Assembly (NCBI GenBank): GCA_044223005.1 | Contig: JBGAML010000005.1 | Location: 224,523 to 288,522 of the forward strand | Origin: Candidatus Eiseniibacteriota bacterium | Lineage (GTDB): Bacteria > Eisenbacteria > RBG-16-71-46 | DNA length: 64,000 nucleotides | Direction of reading: 5' to 3' | Part shown: piece after piece, positions 36,648 to 46,443 of the stretch | Position numbering within the stretch: position 1 is the stretch's first letter | Layout of the letters: every line of letters starts with the position of its first letter | Notes under the pieces: model-generated | What the model was told of the DNA's origin: nothing | Seen by the model: only the letters and a program-made list of their open reading frames with translations | The model's database searches: none | Made by a program: the position numbers and the translations under genes

Positions 36648-39158
36648 TCACCACCGCGTCGCGAGCCCGAACCGCACCGCGCGCGGCGGGTTCGAGAGCC
36701 GCGGATCGTGCACGTCGATCCAGTACGGCGATCCCAGCGACGGCACCACCCACCAGCCGCCACCGCCCCGGCCCGTCAGCGTCCGGTGCGCGCCGTAGTC
36801 GTCGTAGGTGGTGTTCACGTAGGGGTTCGGGTAGCCGTCGACGGTGGCGAGCGATTCGCCGCGGTGGTCGAACAGGTTGCGGATCGAGCACGAGAGCTCC
36901 CAGCCCCGCGCCCGCTTCGGCGCCCAGCGCACGTCGACGTCGGTCGCCTCGAACGTGTCCAGCCGGCGGCTGTCGATCGCGCCCGCGTCGGTCTGGGGCG
37001 CGCGCAGCGGCTTGGGTGTCCACGGAAGCGCACTCGAGGCCTGCGTCGTCCACGCGAACGCCCAGCCACCCCGCGCGCGCCATGCCGCGTGCGCGCGCAG
37101 CGTGTGGCGCTGGTCCCACGAGAGCGGCGTGTCGGCGCGCAGCGTCGAGCGCGACTCGCGCAGGACGCCGTAGGGATCCCCCGCGGAGCGCGATTCGTTG
37201 CCCCACGCCTGCATCCAGGTCCAGCTGAGCGAGACGCGGCGGCCGTCGCCATCGTCTCGCACGAACTCGGCCTCGCCTCCCACCGCCTGCCCCTCGTCCT
37301 CGCCGACGTACCGCAGGTTGGCCGGGCCGGAGCCCGCGCGCACCAGCCGCGCGCCCGGCTGCCCGTAGACGTCGCGCACGAACACCGCGAGCTGGATCGC
37401 GGACGTGGCCGAGAGCAGGTGCTTGAGCGCGGCGTCGACACCGATCGCCGTCGCGGGTTCGAGCGCCGGGTTGCCGAGCGGCTCGCGGTTCGAGGCGACG
37501 GTGCGGCTGTCGTAGAGCAGGTCGCGCGGCGGTGCCTGGTGCACGCGCGCGTACGCGAGCGTGAAGACGTCCCGCACCGAGACCGGGTACGCCACCGCGA
37601 ACCGCGGCGACCACGTCGCGAGCACGCGGCCGTCCGCGGGCAGCGACTGGCGATCCGCCTGCGGGCCCGCGGTCCAGAGATCGAGCCGCAGCCCGACATC
37701 GAGGATCATGCCCGCGTGCTCCCAGCGATCCTGCACGTACGCGAAGCCACCGGGTGCGAAGGCGCGGAAAGCGCGCACCGTGTCGATCGGCACCATCAGC
37801 GGATCGCCGTTCTGCGACCAGCCGGTGGCGAACCAGTCGGTCGAGCGCACCGCGACCGCCTCGTACGTCGTGCCGAGCCCCGCCTGCAGCAGTCCGTTCG
37901 TGCGCGTCGCGCGGACGCCGTCGGCGCGCAGCGTCCACGTGTCGGTGTCCGCCTGGCGGACGTAGGGATCGTCGCCCCAGAAGACGTGCAAGAGATCGAC
38001 GTCTTCGGGGTTCAGGTAGCGCGGGCGCGTGATCCGCCCCTCGACGCCGCGCGTGCCCCCGGTCGCGGTCACCGTGCGGTCACGCAGCCAGCCGAGCGTG
38101 ACGAGCGTCCGCAGCGGCGCGAACGGCAGCTCCCCCGTCGCGATGGCGGCGAGCCGGCGGTCGTCGGTGATCGCGAGGTGGTCCGCCGCGCGGTAGCGCG
38201 CGTAGCCCGGCAGCGGCACGTCGCTGTAGACCGGCGGCAGCTTGGGATTGGCCGGGACGAACACGTAGCCGTCGACCGACCACTGCGGGTCGAACGGCTC
38301 GCGCACCGAACGCCCCGCGAGCAGCTGCAGCGAAGTGCGCCGCGGGTTCGCGACCGGCGCCAGCCGGAGCGAGAGCGCCGCGTCGTTCCGCGCCCGCCAG
38401 CCGAGCGGCACGCCCAGCACGGTGCTCCCGCTGCGCGAGCGCAGCCGCGGCATCCACGTGTCGTCGAACGTCCCCTCGCCCGCTGCGATCACGCCCCAGC
38501 CCGTCGCCGGCAGCGGCGCCGAGATCCGCGCGCTCGCACGATCGAACCGGTGCTCGCGCTCGCCGGAGCCCTGCCACGACCACTCGCCCGAAGGCCGCGC
38601 ACCCGGATCCGACGGCCGCAGCGTCAGCACCCCCGCGAGCGTCGCCGCGTCCCGGGCGTCGGGCGCGCCGCTCGCCAGCTCGGCCGCGCGCAGCGCCGCG
38701 AGCGGCACGCTCGTCGCCGAGCCCCGGAGCGGCTCCAGCAGCGAGACGCCGTCCAGCACCATCGCCGTCTCGCCGGCACGTCCGCCGCGGACGTGCAGCT
38801 CGCCCCCCTGCGCGACCACGCCGGGCTGCAGCGCCACGACGCCCGCGAGCCCGTCCGCCGGCAGCGAATGCAGCACGTCCTCGCGCACGGCGTGGACCAC
38901 CTGGGCCGACCGCAGGTCGTGCAGCGGCGAACGCACTTCCACCGCGGGGAACTGCCGCACGATCTTTGCCGGCGCGGCGGCGCTGTCGGGGACGGTGCGC
39001 GGCGCCGCCGCGGCGGGCCGGGTGGCGAGCAGCACGAATGCGAACGCGTGGAGGATGGCGGCCGGCAGCACGGAACTCCTCGGGATCCCGGTCGGGACGG
39101 CCCGGTACGACGACGCCGAGCGCGGCGCGCCCGGTGCCCGGACAGCATCGGGCCGCAT
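36648..39158 (-). CDS. TonB-dependent outer-membrane receptor
   Basis: Signal peptide, plug domain, long beta-barrel, C-terminal ...FGLATRW aromatic terminus. Confidence 0.8.
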   Translation of the reverse strand: MRPDAVRAPGAPRSASSYRAVPTGIPRSSVLPAAILHAFAFVLLATRPAAAAPRTVPDSAAAPAKIVRQFPAVEVRSPLHDLRSAQVVHAVREDVLHSLPADGLAGVVALQPGVVAQGGELHVRGGRAGETAMVLDGVSLLEPLRGSATSVPLAALRAAELASGAPDARDAATLAGVLTLRPSDPGARPSGEWSWQGSGEREHRFDRASARISAPLPATGWGVIAAGEGTFDDTWMPRLRSRSGSTVLGVPLGWRARNDAALSLRLAPVANPRRTSLQLLAGRSVREPFDPQWSVDGYVFVPANPKLPPVYSDVPLPGYARYRAADHLAITDDRRLAAIATGELPFAPLRTLVTLGWLRDRTVTATGGTRGVEGRITRPRYLNPEDVDLLHVFWGDDPYVRQADTDTWTLRADGVRATRTNGLLQAGLGTTYEAVAVRSTDWFATGWSQNGDPLMVPIDTVRAFRAFAPGGFAYVQDRWEHAGMILDVGLRLDLWTAGPQADRQSLPADGRVLATWSPRFAVAYPVSVRDVFTLAYARVHQAPPRDLLYDSRTVASNREPLGNPALEPATAIGVDAALKHLLSATSAIQLAVFVRDVYGQPGARLVRAGSGPANLRYVGEDEGQAVGGEAEFVRDDGDGRRVSLSWTWMQAWGNESRSAGDPYGVLRESRSTLRADTPLSWDQRHTLRAHAAWRARGGWAFAWTTQASSALPWTPKPLRAPQTDAGAIDSRRLDTFEATDVDVRWAPKRARGWELSCSIRNLFDHRGESLATVDGYPNPYVNTTYDDYGAHRTLTGRGGGGWWVVPSLGSPYWIDVHDPRLSNPPRAVRFGLATRW

Positions 39159-39210
39159 CGGCGAGGACGCAAGCCCCCGGGCCGCGCGCCCCCCCGCCCG
39201 TGGCGGCCGG

Positions 39211-42012
39211 TCAGAAGTTGTAGGAGATGGAGAAGTAGTGCTGCGGGATCGCCGAGTCGAAGTGGACGAAGTCCTGCGTCGTCCAGCTCCAGTTCCAGCG
39301 CAGCGCCGGGTAGAAGCCGCCGCCGAGGTAGAGGGCCCAGCCGAGCACACCGCGCTCCTCCCTCTCGCCGGGACTCCAGGCTCGGGCCCCGTCGGCGTAG
39401 AGGGCGCCGTTGACGGTGGGCAGCATCCAGGGCGCGGGCACGGCGAGCAGCAGGCCGCGGACGACCGGGAAGCGGGCCTCGACGTTGGCGCTCACCATTC
39501 TCGGCCCCGCGAGTTCGCGCCAGTTGCTCACGTGCAGCCGCGACGGGCCGCCGAGGTAGACGTTCTGCGCGTCGGGGCCGAAGCTGCCCTGTGCGTTGGC
39601 GCGCATGGCGAGCACGATGCCGCGCAGGGGCTGGCGGTAGTGCCGGACCTCGGCGAGCACCGTGCCGAAGTCGGCGCGGCCCGAGGTCATGTCGCGGGTG
39701 AAGCCGGTGGTCAGGTTCGCGCGCAGGCCGCCCACGGGGCCGGACCATGTCCAGCGCGAGTTGTCGTGCACGAGGCTCAGGTAGTTCGAGACCAGGTCGA
39801 CCGTCGGGGCGTCGCCGTTGCGCAGCAGGTGGTGCGACGCGTGCCGGATCTCGAGCGACGCGTCGATGCGGTCGAAGCGGTCGAGCGGGTAGCTCGCGAG
39901 GCCGACCGCTCCCACCCGCACTTCGCGCCGCAGCAGCTCGAAGTCCGGATCGTAGAGGCTCGTCAGCCGGAACAGGCCGAGGCCGTAGTTGAGCCGCCGG
40001 CCCTGGTTGAAGTACGTGACGCCTCCCTCCCAGCCGTTCCAGAAGTCGCCGAAGCTCTCGGAGTCGTTGGCGAGCGTCACCACCCACGTCTCGTTGCCGA
40101 GCAGGTCGCTGAACGCGAGCTGGCCGAAGCTCATGCCGTTGTTGAACGACGGGCTCACGCCGATCGCGTTCTGCAGCAGGTCGAGACCGATCCGCCGCTG
40201 GTAGTCCTGCGGCGGCATCGAGTCCACCACCGTGGGCAGCACCGCGTGCGCCACGAGTTCGCCCTCGGGTTCGGCAGCCAGCGTGTCGGGGCGGAAGCGG
40301 ATGCACCACGTGCGGAACGTCACCGCGTCCTGGCCGGTGAAGAGCAGGCCGCCACCGTCGCGCGTCCAGTCGGGATCGGTCGCGGGCCCGAGCAGGCGCG
40401 TGACGCGGCGGGCCTCGCGCGGGCCGTCCACCGGGCGCACCCACAGGTCGCTCGTCCCGCCGCGCGTCGAACGGAACGCGAGCCAGCGGCCGTCGGGCGA
40501 CCACGCGGGCTGGCGATCGTCGCCGGACGGCGGCCAGCTGACGCGCTCGCTCGCGCCACCGGCGAGCGGCAGCCGGAAGAGCGCGTAGCGCCCGCCCATC
40601 TCGCCGCGGTCCGACGCGAACGCGACCCAGCGGCCGTCGGGCGAGACCGCGGGATCGACGTCGTCGTAGTCGTCGTGCGTCAGCCGCTCGAGCGTCTCCT
40701 CGCCGCGGCGGCTCCACGTGATCCGCCAGAGGTCCGCCTGGCCGTCGTAGTCCTGCGCGGCGAAGACCACCGCGGAGTCCCCGGGGACGATGCTCGGATC
40801 GTGCAGTGCGACGAGTTCGGGAAACTCCGCGCGACGCAGCACCCGCCCGGTGCGGCCATCGAGCAGGTAGAGCGCGTCGCGACCGCCGTGCTGCGCGGTG
40901 ACGGCGATCGCTCCGCTCGCGGAGACCGCGGGACGGTTCTGGAACAGGTGGAACGATTCGAACGACGGCGTGCCGCCGCTGCGCAGCAGGCGCCGCTCGC
41001 GCCGGCGGCCGTCGCGGCCCGGCTCGCTGGTCATGAGATCGACCGCGCCGTCGTTCACTTCGAACCACGCCAGGCGCACCGTCGTGTCGGAGTCCGCGGG
41101 CGCCGCGGGCAGCGCGCGGGGGCCGAGGTTGAAGCGGCTCTCCTGGCGGAACGGCTTCGCGCACTCCGAGGGCCGCACCGCCGTCGTGAGCGCCGGGTAG
41201 TAGTGCCGGCGCATCGCTTCGAACCACTCCTGGTCCACGTCGGCGAGCGGGCGGCCGTACGTGATCCGGAACACGGTCTCGAAATCCTCCGCGCGCCAGG
41301 CGTTCTCGAGCACGCCGATGATCCGCGACTCGCCACCGTGCTTCGAGAGCCAGATCAGGAACGACTGGCCCTCCTTGTACATCTCGACCGAGCCCGTGAT
41401 CGGTTCGCTCTTCGTCATCGGATAGGCCATGTTCGAGACGAACATGTCGCGCAGCAGGCCCTCGCCGTCCTCGTCCCAGGGATTGCCGAAGTACTCCGCG
41501 AGGCCTTCGGTGAACCAGAGTGGCGGGAACCAGCCCGGCGTGCGGTGGTGCGCGTGCAGCACCTGGCCGATCTTCTCGAGCATGTAGGCGTGCGCCATCT
41601 CGTGCCGGGTCACCCAGCGCAGCCGCGCCCACGAGCCGGTGTGCGGGATCAGCACGCGGCCCTTCACGAGCTCCGTCAGGCCGCCGATCGACTCGGTCAG
41701 GAGTTCGGGCGTGGCGTTCGTCTGCTGGAACAGGTGGTGCGCCGAGTAGAGCAGCAGCGGGATCTTGTGCCGGGGGTGGACGGCGAACCGGCGGTCGTAC
41801 TCGACGCTCACGCTCTCGGCGAACGCCGTGAGCGCCCGTGCGAGGCTCTCTTCCTGCGCGTAGTAGTGGACGCGCAGGTGCGGCGTCTCGAGCACGGACC
41901 ACTCGAGCGACTCGTAGTGGACCTTGTTCTTGCCGAACACCTGCGCCGCGGACGGAAGCGGCGCGAGCACCAGCAGGACGAGCACGACGGAAAGGAAGCG
42001 CCAGGCGCGCAT
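39211..42012 (-). CDS. Large secreted multidomain protein: HExxH metallopeptidase-like N-domain + PD40/TolB-like beta-propeller repeats + C-terminal outer-membrane beta-barrel-like region
   Basis: Signal peptide; HEMAHAYM motif; repeated SPDGRW(V/L)AF PD40 blades; C-terminal ...SISYNF aromatic terminus. Confidence 0.65.
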   Translation of the reverse strand: MRAWRFLSVVLVLLVLAPLPSAAQVFGKNKVHYESLEWSVLETPHLRVHYYAQEESLARALTAFAESVSVEYDRRFAVHPRHKIPLLLYSAHHLFQQTNATPELLTESIGGLTELVKGRVLIPHTGSWARLRWVTRHEMAHAYMLEKIGQVLHAHHRTPGWFPPLWFTEGLAEYFGNPWDEDGEGLLRDMFVSNMAYPMTKSEPITGSVEMYKEGQSFLIWLSKHGGESRIIGVLENAWRAEDFETVFRITYGRPLADVDQEWFEAMRRHYYPALTTAVRPSECAKPFRQESRFNLGPRALPAAPADSDTTVRLAWFEVNDGAVDLMTSEPGRDGRRRERRLLRSGGTPSFESFHLFQNRPAVSASGAIAVTAQHGGRDALYLLDGRTGRVLRRAEFPELVALHDPSIVPGDSAVVFAAQDYDGQADLWRITWSRRGEETLERLTHDDYDDVDPAVSPDGRWVAFASDRGEMGGRYALFRLPLAGGASERVSWPPSGDDRQPAWSPDGRWLAFRSTRGGTSDLWVRPVDGPREARRVTRLLGPATDPDWTRDGGGLLFTGQDAVTFRTWCIRFRPDTLAAEPEGELVAHAVLPTVVDSMPPQDYQRRIGLDLLQNAIGVSPSFNNGMSFGQLAFSDLLGNETWVVTLANDSESFGDFWNGWEGGVTYFNQGRRLNYGLGLFRLTSLYDPDFELLRREVRVGAVGLASYPLDRFDRIDASLEIRHASHHLLRNGDAPTVDLVSNYLSLVHDNSRWTWSGPVGGLRANLTTGFTRDMTSGRADFGTVLAEVRHYRQPLRGIVLAMRANAQGSFGPDAQNVYLGGPSRLHVSNWRELAGPRMVSANVEARFPVVRGLLLAVPAPWMLPTVNGALYADGARAWSPGEREERGVLGWALYLGGGFYPALRWNWSWTTQDFVHFDSAIPQHYFSISYNF

Positions 42013-42059
42013 CGCGGATCGGACCTCGAGGATGTCGCTGCGTCGCTCCGCGGAATCCG

Positions 42060-42818
42060 TCAGCGGAGCATGTCGTCCATCACGTACAGGCCCGGTCCTG
42101 CCCCCGACACGAAGCGCGCCGCCGCCACCGCGCCATGCGCGAAGGCGGCCCGGTCGTGCGCCACGTGCCGGAGTTCCAGCGTCTCCCCCTCACCCGCGAG
42201 CAGCACGGTGTGGTCGCCGACCCACGTGCCCCCGCGCACGGCGTGCACGCCGATCTCGGCGGCCGTCCGTGCCCCGACGGCGCCCTCGCGGCCGTGGCGC
42301 AGGGCGTCCCGGCCGAGTCCGCGCGCACCGAGTGCGTCGTCGGCCAGCGTCAGCGCCGTACCCGAGGGGCTGTCCTTCTTCATCCGGTGATGCCGTTCGA
42401 CGATCTCCACGTCCCAGCTCGCCGGCACGGCCGCGAGCGCCGCCGCCAGCGCGCGGCGCAGCGCCGCGACGCCGAGGCTGAAGTTGCTCGCGCGCAGGAC
42501 GGCCACCTTCGCCGCCGCGCCGCGCACCGCCTGCTCCTGCTCGGCCGAGAGCCCGGTCGAACCCGACACGAGGGGTACGCCGCGCTCGGCGCAGAGTGAC
42601 GCCCCCACGACGGCCCCCGCGGGACTCGAGAACTCCACGGCGACCACGCCGGGGCGGATGACCTCGGCGGGATCGGCGGTCCATACCCCGCCACCGCCCG
42701 CGAGGTTCGCCGCGACGTCGACCGACGCGGCGATCTCCACGTCGGGCGCGGCCGCGGCGGCCGCGGCGATCGCACGCCCCATCCGTCCCGCGGCGCCGAG
42801 CAGTGCGATCCGGATCAC
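42060..42818 (-). CDS. dapB: 4-hydroxy-tetrahydrodipicolinate reductase
   Basis: GTG start (VIRIALLGAAGRMGR Rossmann), E(I/R)HH(R)xKxDxPSGTA motif (ERHHRMKKDSPSGTA). Confidence 0.85.
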   Translation of the reverse strand: MIRIALLGAAGRMGRAIAAAAAAAPDVEIAASVDVAANLAGGGGVWTADPAEVIRPGVVAVEFSSPAGAVVGASLCAERGVPLVSGSTGLSAEQEQAVRGAAAKVAVLRASNFSLGVAALRRALAAALAAVPASWDVEIVERHHRMKKDSPSGTALTLADDALGARGLGRDALRHGREGAVGARTAAEIGVHAVRGGTWVGDHTVLLAGEGETLELRHVAHDRAAFAHGAVAAARFVSGAGPGLYVMDDMLR

Positions 42819-43705
42819 GCGCGCGCCGCCGAACCGGCCAGCGCCACGCCGGCCGCCCGCGCCGCCTCGAGGATCAGCTTTTCGCTCGCCGGCTCGACCG
42901 GCACGAGCGGCAGGCGCAGCTCGTTGGCGATCAGGCCCATCTCGGCGAGCAGGTACTTGATCGGGCCCGGGTTCGACTCGACGAAGATCGCCTTGAAGAG
43001 GCCCTGCAGCTTGCGGTGCACCGCCTGCGCTTCCGGGAGGCGGCCCGCACGCGCGGCGTCCGAGAGCGCGCGCATCTCGCGCGGCACGGCCTGCCCGGCG
43101 ACCGAGATGATCCCTTCGCCACCGACCGCGATCACCGGCAGCGTGAGGCCGTCGTCGCCCGAGAGCAGCGTGAGCTTCGTCTTCGTCTTGACCGCCGCGA
43201 TCTGCTCGAGGTTGCCGGAGGCTTCCTTCACCGCCTTCACGTTCGGCAGGTCCTGCACCATCGCGAGCACGTCCGGCGTCGTGTTGGTGCCCGTGCGGCC
43301 GGGAACGTTGTAGAGGATCAGCGGCAGCGAGGTGCTCTTCGCGACGGCCGTGAAGTGCGCCGCCTGTCCCTTCGGCGTCGGCTTGTTGTAGTAGGGCGTG
43401 ACGACCATCGCGCCGTCGACGCCGACCTCTTCGGCCATCTTCGTGAGCACGATCGATTCCGCGGTGTTGTTCGTCCCCGTCCCGGCGACGATCCAGCAAC
43501 GGCCCTTCGCGCGCTCCTTCACGAACGCGAGCAGCGCTCGCCGCTCCTCGTGCGAGGCAGTCGCGGCCTCACCGGTCGATCCGCTCACGACCAGTCCCTG
43601 CACGCCGCCCTCGATCATCCACTCGACGAGCCGCGCGGTCGCGTCGTAGTCGATCGAACCGCCCTTGAACGGCGTCACCATCGCGACCGACAGTCCCTCG
43701 AACAT
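42815..43705 (-). CDS. dapA: 4-hydroxy-tetrahydrodipicolinate synthase
   Basis: MVTPF...GSTGE...PYYNKP...ILYNVPGRTG; catalytic Lys in AVKEASG. Confidence 0.9.
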   Translation of the reverse strand: MFEGLSVAMVTPFKGGSIDYDATARLVEWMIEGGVQGLVVSGSTGEAATASHEERRALLAFVKERAKGRCWIVAGTGTNNTAESIVLTKMAEEVGVDGAMVVTPYYNKPTPKGQAAHFTAVAKSTSLPLILYNVPGRTGTNTTPDVLAMVQDLPNVKAVKEASGNLEQIAAVKTKTKLTLLSGDDGLTLPVIAVGGEGIISVAGQAVPREMRALSDAARAGRLPEAQAVHRKLQGLFKAIFVESNPGPIKYLLAEMGLIANELRLPLVPVEPASEKLILEAARAAGVALAGSAARA

Positions 43706-43728
43706 GGAATCCCTCCCGACGCTCCGCG

Positions 43729-44532
43729 TCAGTCCCGCCACGTTCCCCGGAACACGGCTTCCGCCGGCCCCGTGAGCGTGGCCACGCGCCCTCCGGCGCG
43801 CTCCTCGAACGCCACCACCAGGTCGTCGCCTCCCGCCGTGCGCACCGTGACCGGTGCCGGCACGCCGGCCGACACCGCCCAGAGCGCGGTCGCGATCGCG
43901 CCGCTGCCGCAGGCGAGCGTCTCGCCCTCGACCCCGCGCTCCCACGTCCGCATCGCGACGCGGCCGTCGGCCGTGCGCGCGACGAAATCGACGTTGGCTC
44001 CCGCGGCGCCGAAGCGTTCGTGCCGGCGCAGCGGCGGAGCCCACTCGCCCAAGGGTACCGCGTCGACCCGCTCGACCGGCACCACGAAATGCGGCACCCC
44101 GGCCACGACGTACGCGCCGGAGAAGCTCCGCCCCGCCGCGGCCGCCTCGCGCGGCTCGGGGGCGCCCACGGCACCGAACTCGAGGGTGATGCGCCCGTCC
44201 GGCAGCGCTCGCGCCGCCTTCTCGCCCGCCGCGGTCGCGAACCGCACGACGCCGCCGGTGCCGAGCCCGAGGTCCAGTGCGAACCGCGCGAGGCAGCGCG
44301 CGCCGTTGCCGCAGAAGTCCGCCGGGCCCCCGTCCGCGTTGTGGTAGCGCATCCCGAAGTCGAGCGTCGCGTGCCGCTCGAGCAGCAGCACGCCGTCGGC
44401 GCCGATCCCGCGGCGGCGGTCGCACAGCCGCGCGAAGAGCGCGCCGGGGTCCGCGGGCAGGAACGGCTCGCGGTGGTCGATCACCACGAAGTCGTTCGCG
44501 GCCCCGTGCATCTTGGTGAACGCGAGCGTCAC
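43729..44532 (-). CDS. dapF: Diaminopimelate epimerase
   Basis: FTKMHGAANDFVV, FCGNGARC and ACGSGA catalytic Cys motifs. Confidence 0.85.
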   Translation of the reverse strand: MTLAFTKMHGAANDFVVIDHREPFLPADPGALFARLCDRRRGIGADGVLLLERHATLDFGMRYHNADGGPADFCGNGARCLARFALDLGLGTGGVVRFATAAGEKAARALPDGRITLEFGAVGAPEPREAAAAGRSFSGAYVVAGVPHFVVPVERVDAVPLGEWAPPLRRHERFGAAGANVDFVARTADGRVAMRTWERGVEGETLACGSGAIATALWAVSAGVPAPVTVRTAGGDDLVVAFEERAGGRVATLTGPAEAVFRGTWRD

Positions 44533-45584
44533 GGCGTGCCGCTCCCGGGACGCCGCAGCACGAACACCACGCCCGAGATGTCGGCGCCCGGCTCGATCGT
44601 CACGCGGACCTCTTCGCTCGCGGGCTCGGTGTCGCGCTTCCACGCGCGGTCGCCGTCGATGTCGCGATAGGCACGCACGCGATACTCGCCCGGCTCCCAC
44701 TGGAAGTCGAAGCTCAGGTTCTCGGGCACCGCCCAGACGACGCGCTTGGCCGTGTCCGCGACCGAGGTCACGATGAGCCGGGCCGGCCCGGTGCGGTCGC
44801 TCACGCTGTCGACCAGGCTGCCGGCGAACCGGCCCGGGGCGCGCGGGTTCACCATGCGCAGCCGGATGCCCTCCGCCACCGGGTGTTCGGCCGTGAGCAC
44901 GATCGTCGTGTCGAGCGGCACGAGCAGGTCCGCGGCGGGCTCGAACGAGCGGTTGCCGTTCAGGTCCGCGAAGCCCCAGAGCCGCCACCGCCCGAGCGAG
45001 AGCCCGGCGATGCGGAAATCGTCCTTCAGGTTCACGACGCCCAGCGCGTCGAAATCGCGCGCCGTGCTGTCCGGCGCCCGGCCCTCGGCGTAGCACCAGA
45101 TCGCGGCGAGCGGCGAGCGGAACCCGACCGCCTCGAGGCGGCCGGCGATCGCGCCGGGCGGGAACGTCGCCGAGGTCGTGAACACCACGGCCCGCGACTG
45201 CGCGAGCGCGTTGCCGTGGCGGTCGCGCGCCCCGGAGCTCACGTAGAGCGTGTACGCGCGTTCGGACTTGAGCGTGTCCTTGAGCACGAGCGTGACCGTG
45301 TTGCCGGCCCAGCGGCGCTGTTCGATCTCGAGCGGCGGCGAGAAGTCGAACGCGTTCCCGGTCGAACGCGGTTCCATGCCCTCGCTGAACGTGATCGTGA
45401 GGTGCGGCCGCGGGCCCACGCCGGCCGCGCCGGAATCGGGCGTGATCGAGACGATGCGCGGCGGCTCGAGATCCGGCGGCCCGCCCGTGGGCGGCCCCTT
45501 CTTGGCGCAGCCCGCCGCGGCGAGCGCCAGCACCAGCGCGGCGAGCGCGAGCGCGCGCTCAGGCCCGCGGATGTGCCTGGGCAT
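44529..45584 (-). CDS. Lipoprotein with Ig-like (SbsA-type) domains
   Basis: Lipobox LAAAGC; IVSITPDSGAAGV...LTITFSEGM Ig-like fold pattern. Confidence 0.5.
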   Translation of the reverse strand: MPRHIRGPERALALAALVLALAAAGCAKKGPPTGGPPDLEPPRIVSITPDSGAAGVGPRPHLTITFSEGMEPRSTGNAFDFSPPLEIEQRRWAGNTVTLVLKDTLKSERAYTLYVSSGARDRHGNALAQSRAVVFTTSATFPPGAIAGRLEAVGFRSPLAAIWCYAEGRAPDSTARDFDALGVVNLKDDFRIAGLSLGRWRLWGFADLNGNRSFEPAADLLVPLDTTIVLTAEHPVAEGIRLRMVNPRAPGRFAGSLVDSVSDRTGPARLIVTSVADTAKRVVWAVPENLSFDFQWEPGEYRVRAYRDIDGDRAWKRDTEPASEEVRVTIEPGADISGVVFVLRRPGSGTP

Positions 45585-46443
45585 AGGCCTCCTTGAGGCG
45601 CGCGGGCGTGACGTGCGTGTAGACCTGCGTGCTCGCGAGCGAACGGTGGCCGAGCAGTTCCTGAATCGCGCGCAGGTCGGCGCCCGCATCGAGCAGGTGG
45701 CTCGCGAACGAGTGCCGCAGCGCGTGCGGCGTGATGCCGAGTCCCGCGGCGACGCCGGCGAGCCGGCGCCGCACGGCCCGCTGCACGGTGCGTCCCGAGA
45801 GCCGCCCGGCGCGGCCGGCGAAGAGCGGCTCGCCCGGCGCCATGCGCGAGCGGCCCTCGCGCGCCAGGTAGCGCTCCAGCGCCGCCATGGCGCGCTCGCC
45901 CACCGGAGCGATGCGCTCGCGGCGGCCCTTGCCCCGCACGCGCAACAGCGCGCCGGCGCGGTCGAGGTCGCCGTGGTCGAGGCCCACGAGCTCCGAGAGC
46001 CGCAGGCCGGCCGAGTACGTCATCTCCATGAGCGCCGAGTCGCGCGCCGCCTGCGGATCGTCGGCCGCCGCGAGCCGGTCGAGCGCGGCCGCGAGATCGA
46101 TCTGCGGCAGCGTGCGCGGCAGGCGCCGGCGGTGGCGCGGGAACGGCAGCGCCTTCGCGGGATCGGCCTCGAGCACGCCGCGGCGGACGCAGAAGCGCCC
46201 GAAGCTCCGCCACGCCGCCAGCGCGCGCGCGGCGCTGGTGCTCGCGTGGCCGGTGCGGAAGAGGTCGCGCATCGCGCGCTCGAGCAGCTCGCGCGTCCAC
46301 GCCGAGGGCGCCACGGGCCGGTCCGCCCCGGCGGCCAGGTCCAGCACGCGCCCGATGTCGCGGCGGTACGCCGCGAGCGTGTGCGGCGAGCCGCGCCGGC
46401 TCGCCGCGAACTCGCCCAGGAAGTCCTCGAGCGCCTTACGCAC
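45559..46443 (-). CDS. Tyrosine recombinase XerC/XerD family (second copy)
   Basis: RHSFASHLL...LLGH...TQVYTHV catalytic motifs; overlapped by topA. Confidence 0.85.
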   Translation of the reverse strand: MRKALEDFLGEFAASRRGSPHTLAAYRRDIGRVLDLAAGADRPVAPSAWTRELLERAMRDLFRTGHASTSAARALAAWRSFGRFCVRRGVLEADPAKALPFPRHRRRLPRTLPQIDLAAALDRLAAADDPQAARDSALMEMTYSAGLRLSELVGLDHGDLDRAGALLRVRGKGRRERIAPVGERAMAALERYLAREGRSRMAPGEPLFAGRAGRLSGRTVQRAVRRRLAGVAAGLGITPHALRHSFASHLLDAGADLRAIQELLGHRSLASTQVYTHVTPARLKEAYAQAHPRA

